A stretch of 64,000 bases of DNA from a bacterium. Its GTDB lineage: Bacteria; SM23-31. The stretch covers positions 576,001-640,000 of the forward strand of contig OZ252239.1 of NCBI GenBank assembly GCA_965249485.1, given 5' to 3'. This document shows positions 61,623-64,000 of the stretch, piece by piece. Each line of letters starts with the position of its first letter. Position 1 is the stretch's first letter. Both the position numbers and the translations under genes were made by a program. The notes under the pieces were generated by a model. It ran no database searches and was not told where the DNA came from. It saw nothing but the letters and a program-made list of their open reading frames with translations.

Positions 61623-61766
61623 ATGAAACGGACATTTCAACCAAGCAATAGAAAGCGGCGGAACAAACACGGTTTTCGGTCACGAATGCAAACTAAAGGT
61701 GGCCAAAACGTCATCAGTGACCGCAGAAAAAAAGGCAGGACCCGCTTAACTGTCAGTGACGAGTAG
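61623..61766 (+). CDS. rpmH: 50S ribosomal protein L34, 47 aa (missing from the ORF track)
   Basis: [36 protein letters not shown]. Confidence 0.97.
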   Translation: MKRTFQPSNRKRRNKHGFRSRMQTKGGQNVISDRRKKGRTRLTVSDE

Positions 61767-62118
61767 TCCACAAAAATCCAGCACTCTCGCAAAGCGCGAA
61801 CGCCTGAAAAGCCCTTCGGAAATATCGACAGTCCTGAGGAACGGTATTCGTCTCAAGGGAAGGGCTGTATCACTTTACTTTACAGAATCTGATGATATTG
61901 CATTCGCTGTGCTGGTCTCGAAGCATATAGGATCGGCCGTTGAGAGGAATAGAGCGAAACGGTGGGTACGCGAAATTTTCCGAACACACAAATACATGCT
62001 GCCGTTATCATGTTCTTTACTTATAAAATTAGAGAAACATATCGCACATATCGATTATTCCATATTGAAAGCCGACATTATTTACCTACTAGGAAAAATC
62101 GGGCCGGGGGAAAAATGA
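61756..62118 (+). CDS. rnpA: ribonuclease P protein component
   Basis: [27 protein letters not shown] (RNR motif); follows rpmH. Confidence 0.93.
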   Translation: MTSSPQKSSTLAKRERLKSPSEISTVLRNGIRLKGRAVSLYFTESDDIAFAVLVSKHIGSAVERNRAKRWVREIFRTHKYMLPLSCSLLIKLEKHIAHIDYSILKADIIYLLGKIGPGEK

Positions 62119-62324
62119 AATCATTATTGTCCTTATCTATACAAGCCTATCAAATGCTCATATCGCCGCTGTTACCGGCCGTTTGCCGGTTTCAGCCATC
62201 GTGTTCCGAGTATGCCATTCTGGCGATTCAGAAATACGGACCTATAAAAGGCATTTATAAGGCAGTTCGACGATTGCTGTATTGTCATCCGTTTTCGCGA
62301 AAGCATGGATGGGATCCTGTTTAA
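62115..62324 (+). CDS. yidD: membrane protein insertion efficiency factor YidD
   Basis: YQ..ISP....CRFQPSCSEY...AI..YG..KG....RLL.CHP....GWDPV. Confidence 0.95.
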   Translation: MKSLLSLSIQAYQMLISPLLPAVCRFQPSCSEYAILAIQKYGPIKGIYKAVRRLLYCHPFSRKHGWDPV

Positions 62325-62344
62325 TCCAGTATTAGAGATATACT

Positions 62345-64000
62345 ATGGACCGAAATTCAATAATCGCTCTTGTACTCATCTTTGTAATTTTTCTCCTCTG
62401 GGAACCGTACGTCCGGTTTTTTTACCCCCCTAACGAAGTACCCGTGTCAGAAGAGCAATCCACTTCTGAAGAAGGCATTGAAGAATATATAGGGCAGACA
62501 GACGTGCAGCAGGTATCGGAACCGATTGTTCCGGACATTCAGGAATCTCCTCCGCCACAATTAGGAACACTTCAAAAAACCGAGCTTCCGGAGCAGACAA
62601 TAGAGATTGAAACGAGACTGTATAGAGGCGTTTTGACCACCAAAGGAGGTACAATTACCGAATGGGAATTGAATAATTATCCCGACCCTCTTGGTAATCC
62701 TGCCAATATTATCCGTGATAATGATGTCGGTAATTTGGGTTTATCCTTTTTCAGCAGCGAAGGTTTTCTTATCGACCTATCTGAATTTGACTTTATCCCA
62801 GCGGAAGATGAGCTGAGCAGCCAATATGGCAAAATCGACCTAACGGGAAGAGACCGAACACGGACCATCACCCTTACAGCCGATCTTGGAAATAACAGCT
62901 ACGTACGCAAAAGATTTACTTTTGATCCTCATTCATACGATATCGGTTTTGAGGTTGAATTCGAAAACATGCAGACACTAATTCACAACCAGGAATATAC
63001 GCTTGTTTGGGGGAGTGGAATTCACACCACCGAGAGGGATACCGAAGGCGATATGCAGTTTTCGAAAACAATGGCGCTTTATGGTTCAAGCGTTGAAAAA
63101 TTCGACATTCAAGATGATGAAGAACGGTCTGAACGTCCATTTAATGGAGATATTCATTGGATAAACACACGGAGCAAATACTTTTGTTCGCTGATTATTC
63201 CGCATAATGTACCCGGAACAAGTGTTGAGTTCAGCGGAAAGAGTATTCCTGAAGAGGCTCATATAGCTAGAAAAAACTATACAACAAAATTAACGATGGG
63301 ATTCACGCCCACTACCCCGGTTTTCACAAATACATTTTCAGTTTACCTCGGACCAGTTGATTATGATGAGTTCAAAATCTTAGAGAGCAAAATTGGCAAT
63401 GGTCTTCAGCTTAAAGAAGCGCTCGATATTAATTCATGGATTCGCGAATTGAGCATGTTTATTCACCGGATTTTCAATTTTCTCCACTCATTTATCCCTA
63501 ATTATGGTATTGTTATCATCGTTTTCTCTCTGCTGATCAACACGATAATGTTTCCGCTGACAGCAAAGAGTTATAAATCGATGAAGAAAATGCAAGACCT
63601 TCAGCCGTTCATGACTGATCTTCGCGAGAAGTACAAGAAGGAACCCCAGAAGCTCCAACAGATGCAGATGAAGCTCTACAAGGAGCACAAAATAAATCCT
63701 CTCGGCGGATGTTTACCGTTCTTGTTTCAAATGCCTATTTTCTTTGCAATATATCCGATATTCCGTTCAATCGAGCTTCGTGGAGCGCCTTTTTTCGGAT
63801 GGATTACCGATCTTTCACAACCTGATACTGTTGCAACAATCCCCACTATTCTCCCTCTTAATAATCTGATGTACGGCAATAATGTCAATGTTCTTACCTT
63901 TGTTTATGCCCTTACAATGTTTATTCAACAGAAGATCATGATGAAGGATCCTAAGCAGAAGGCAATGGTATATCTTATGCCTCTGATGCTGCTGTTTTTT
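62345..64000 (+). CDS. yidC: membrane protein insertase YidC (runs off the window)
   Basis: MDRNSIIALVLI TM1; NYGIVII; SMKKMQDLQP; NPLGGCLPFLFQMPIF; ELRGAPFFGWITDLSQPD. Confidence 0.96.
   Translation, partial: MDRNSIIALVLIFVIFLLWEPYVRFFYPPNEVPVSEEQSTSEEGIEEYIGQTDVQQVSEPIVPDIQESPPPQLGTLQKTELPEQTIEIETRLYRGVLTTKGGTITEWELNNYPDPLGNPANIIRDNDVGNLGLSFFSSEGFLIDLSEFDFIPAEDELSSQYGKIDLTGRDRTRTITLTADLGNNSYVRKRFTFDPHSYDIGFEVEFENMQTLIHNQEYTLVWGSGIHTTERDTEGDMQFSKTMALYGSSVEKFDIQDDEERSERPFNGDIHWINTRSKYFCSLIIPHNVPGTSVEFSGKSIPEEAHIARKNYTTKLTMGFTPTTPVFTNTFSVYLGPVDYDEFKILESKIGNGLQLKEALDINSWIRELSMFIHRIFNFLHSFIPNYGIVIIVFSLLINTIMFPLTAKSYKSMKKMQDLQPFMTDLREKYKKEPQKLQQMQMKLYKEHKINPLGGCLPFLFQMPIFFAIYPIFRSIELRGAPFFGWITDLSQPDTVATIPTILPLNNLMYGNNVNVLTFVYALTMFIQQKIMMKDPKQKAMVYLMPLMLLFF

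Noticed and set aside
61962..62114. N-terminal extension of yidD given by the ORF track
   Set aside because: It overlaps rnpA in another frame; the YidD motif begins at ATG 62115, which overlaps the rnpA stop (ATGA coupling).
1..64000. CRISPR array, prophage, IS elements or defence systems
   Set aside because: No regularly spaced repeats and no cas, transposase, integrase or phage structural genes were recognised.

Overview
A 64-kb piece of bacterial core chromosome with moderately low GC. It is probably from an uncultured diderm of the FCB group (KSB1/Calditrichota-like), inferred from lpxB, secreted proteins with FlgD-Ig/'PNPFN' tails and a Big_5 lipoprotein. Most of it is housekeeping and envelope genes: lpxB, recN, murA, der, slt, secA, nusB, ilvE, phoH, deoC, secG-tRNA-Leu, tpiA, thrB, ogt, dapF, manC and rpmH-rnpA-yidD-yidC. 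It also carries two regulator-TolC-MFP-RND efflux operons and an 11-heme cytochrome c/cytochrome b fusion (CbcL-like). I saw no CRISPR array, prophage or transposase. Points the ORF track hides: (1) a secreted AhpC/TSA-type selenoprotein read through an in-frame UGA (UxxC, with a SECIS-like hairpin); (2) a 21-nt tandem operator/promoter motif (LexA-like) shared by a decayed dinB and an orphan 113-aa gene 22 kb away; (3) an atypical RND pump lacking the proton-relay Asp/Asp/Lys and carrying about 4 extra TM helices; (4) duplicated operators on both sides of a TrmB gene, the downstream one in front of an RBS with no gene; (5) a sigma28-type promoter on an orphan gene; (6) an SDR in frame behind tpiA with no canonical start; (7) five single-base (+1) frameshifts that look like systematic assembly errors.
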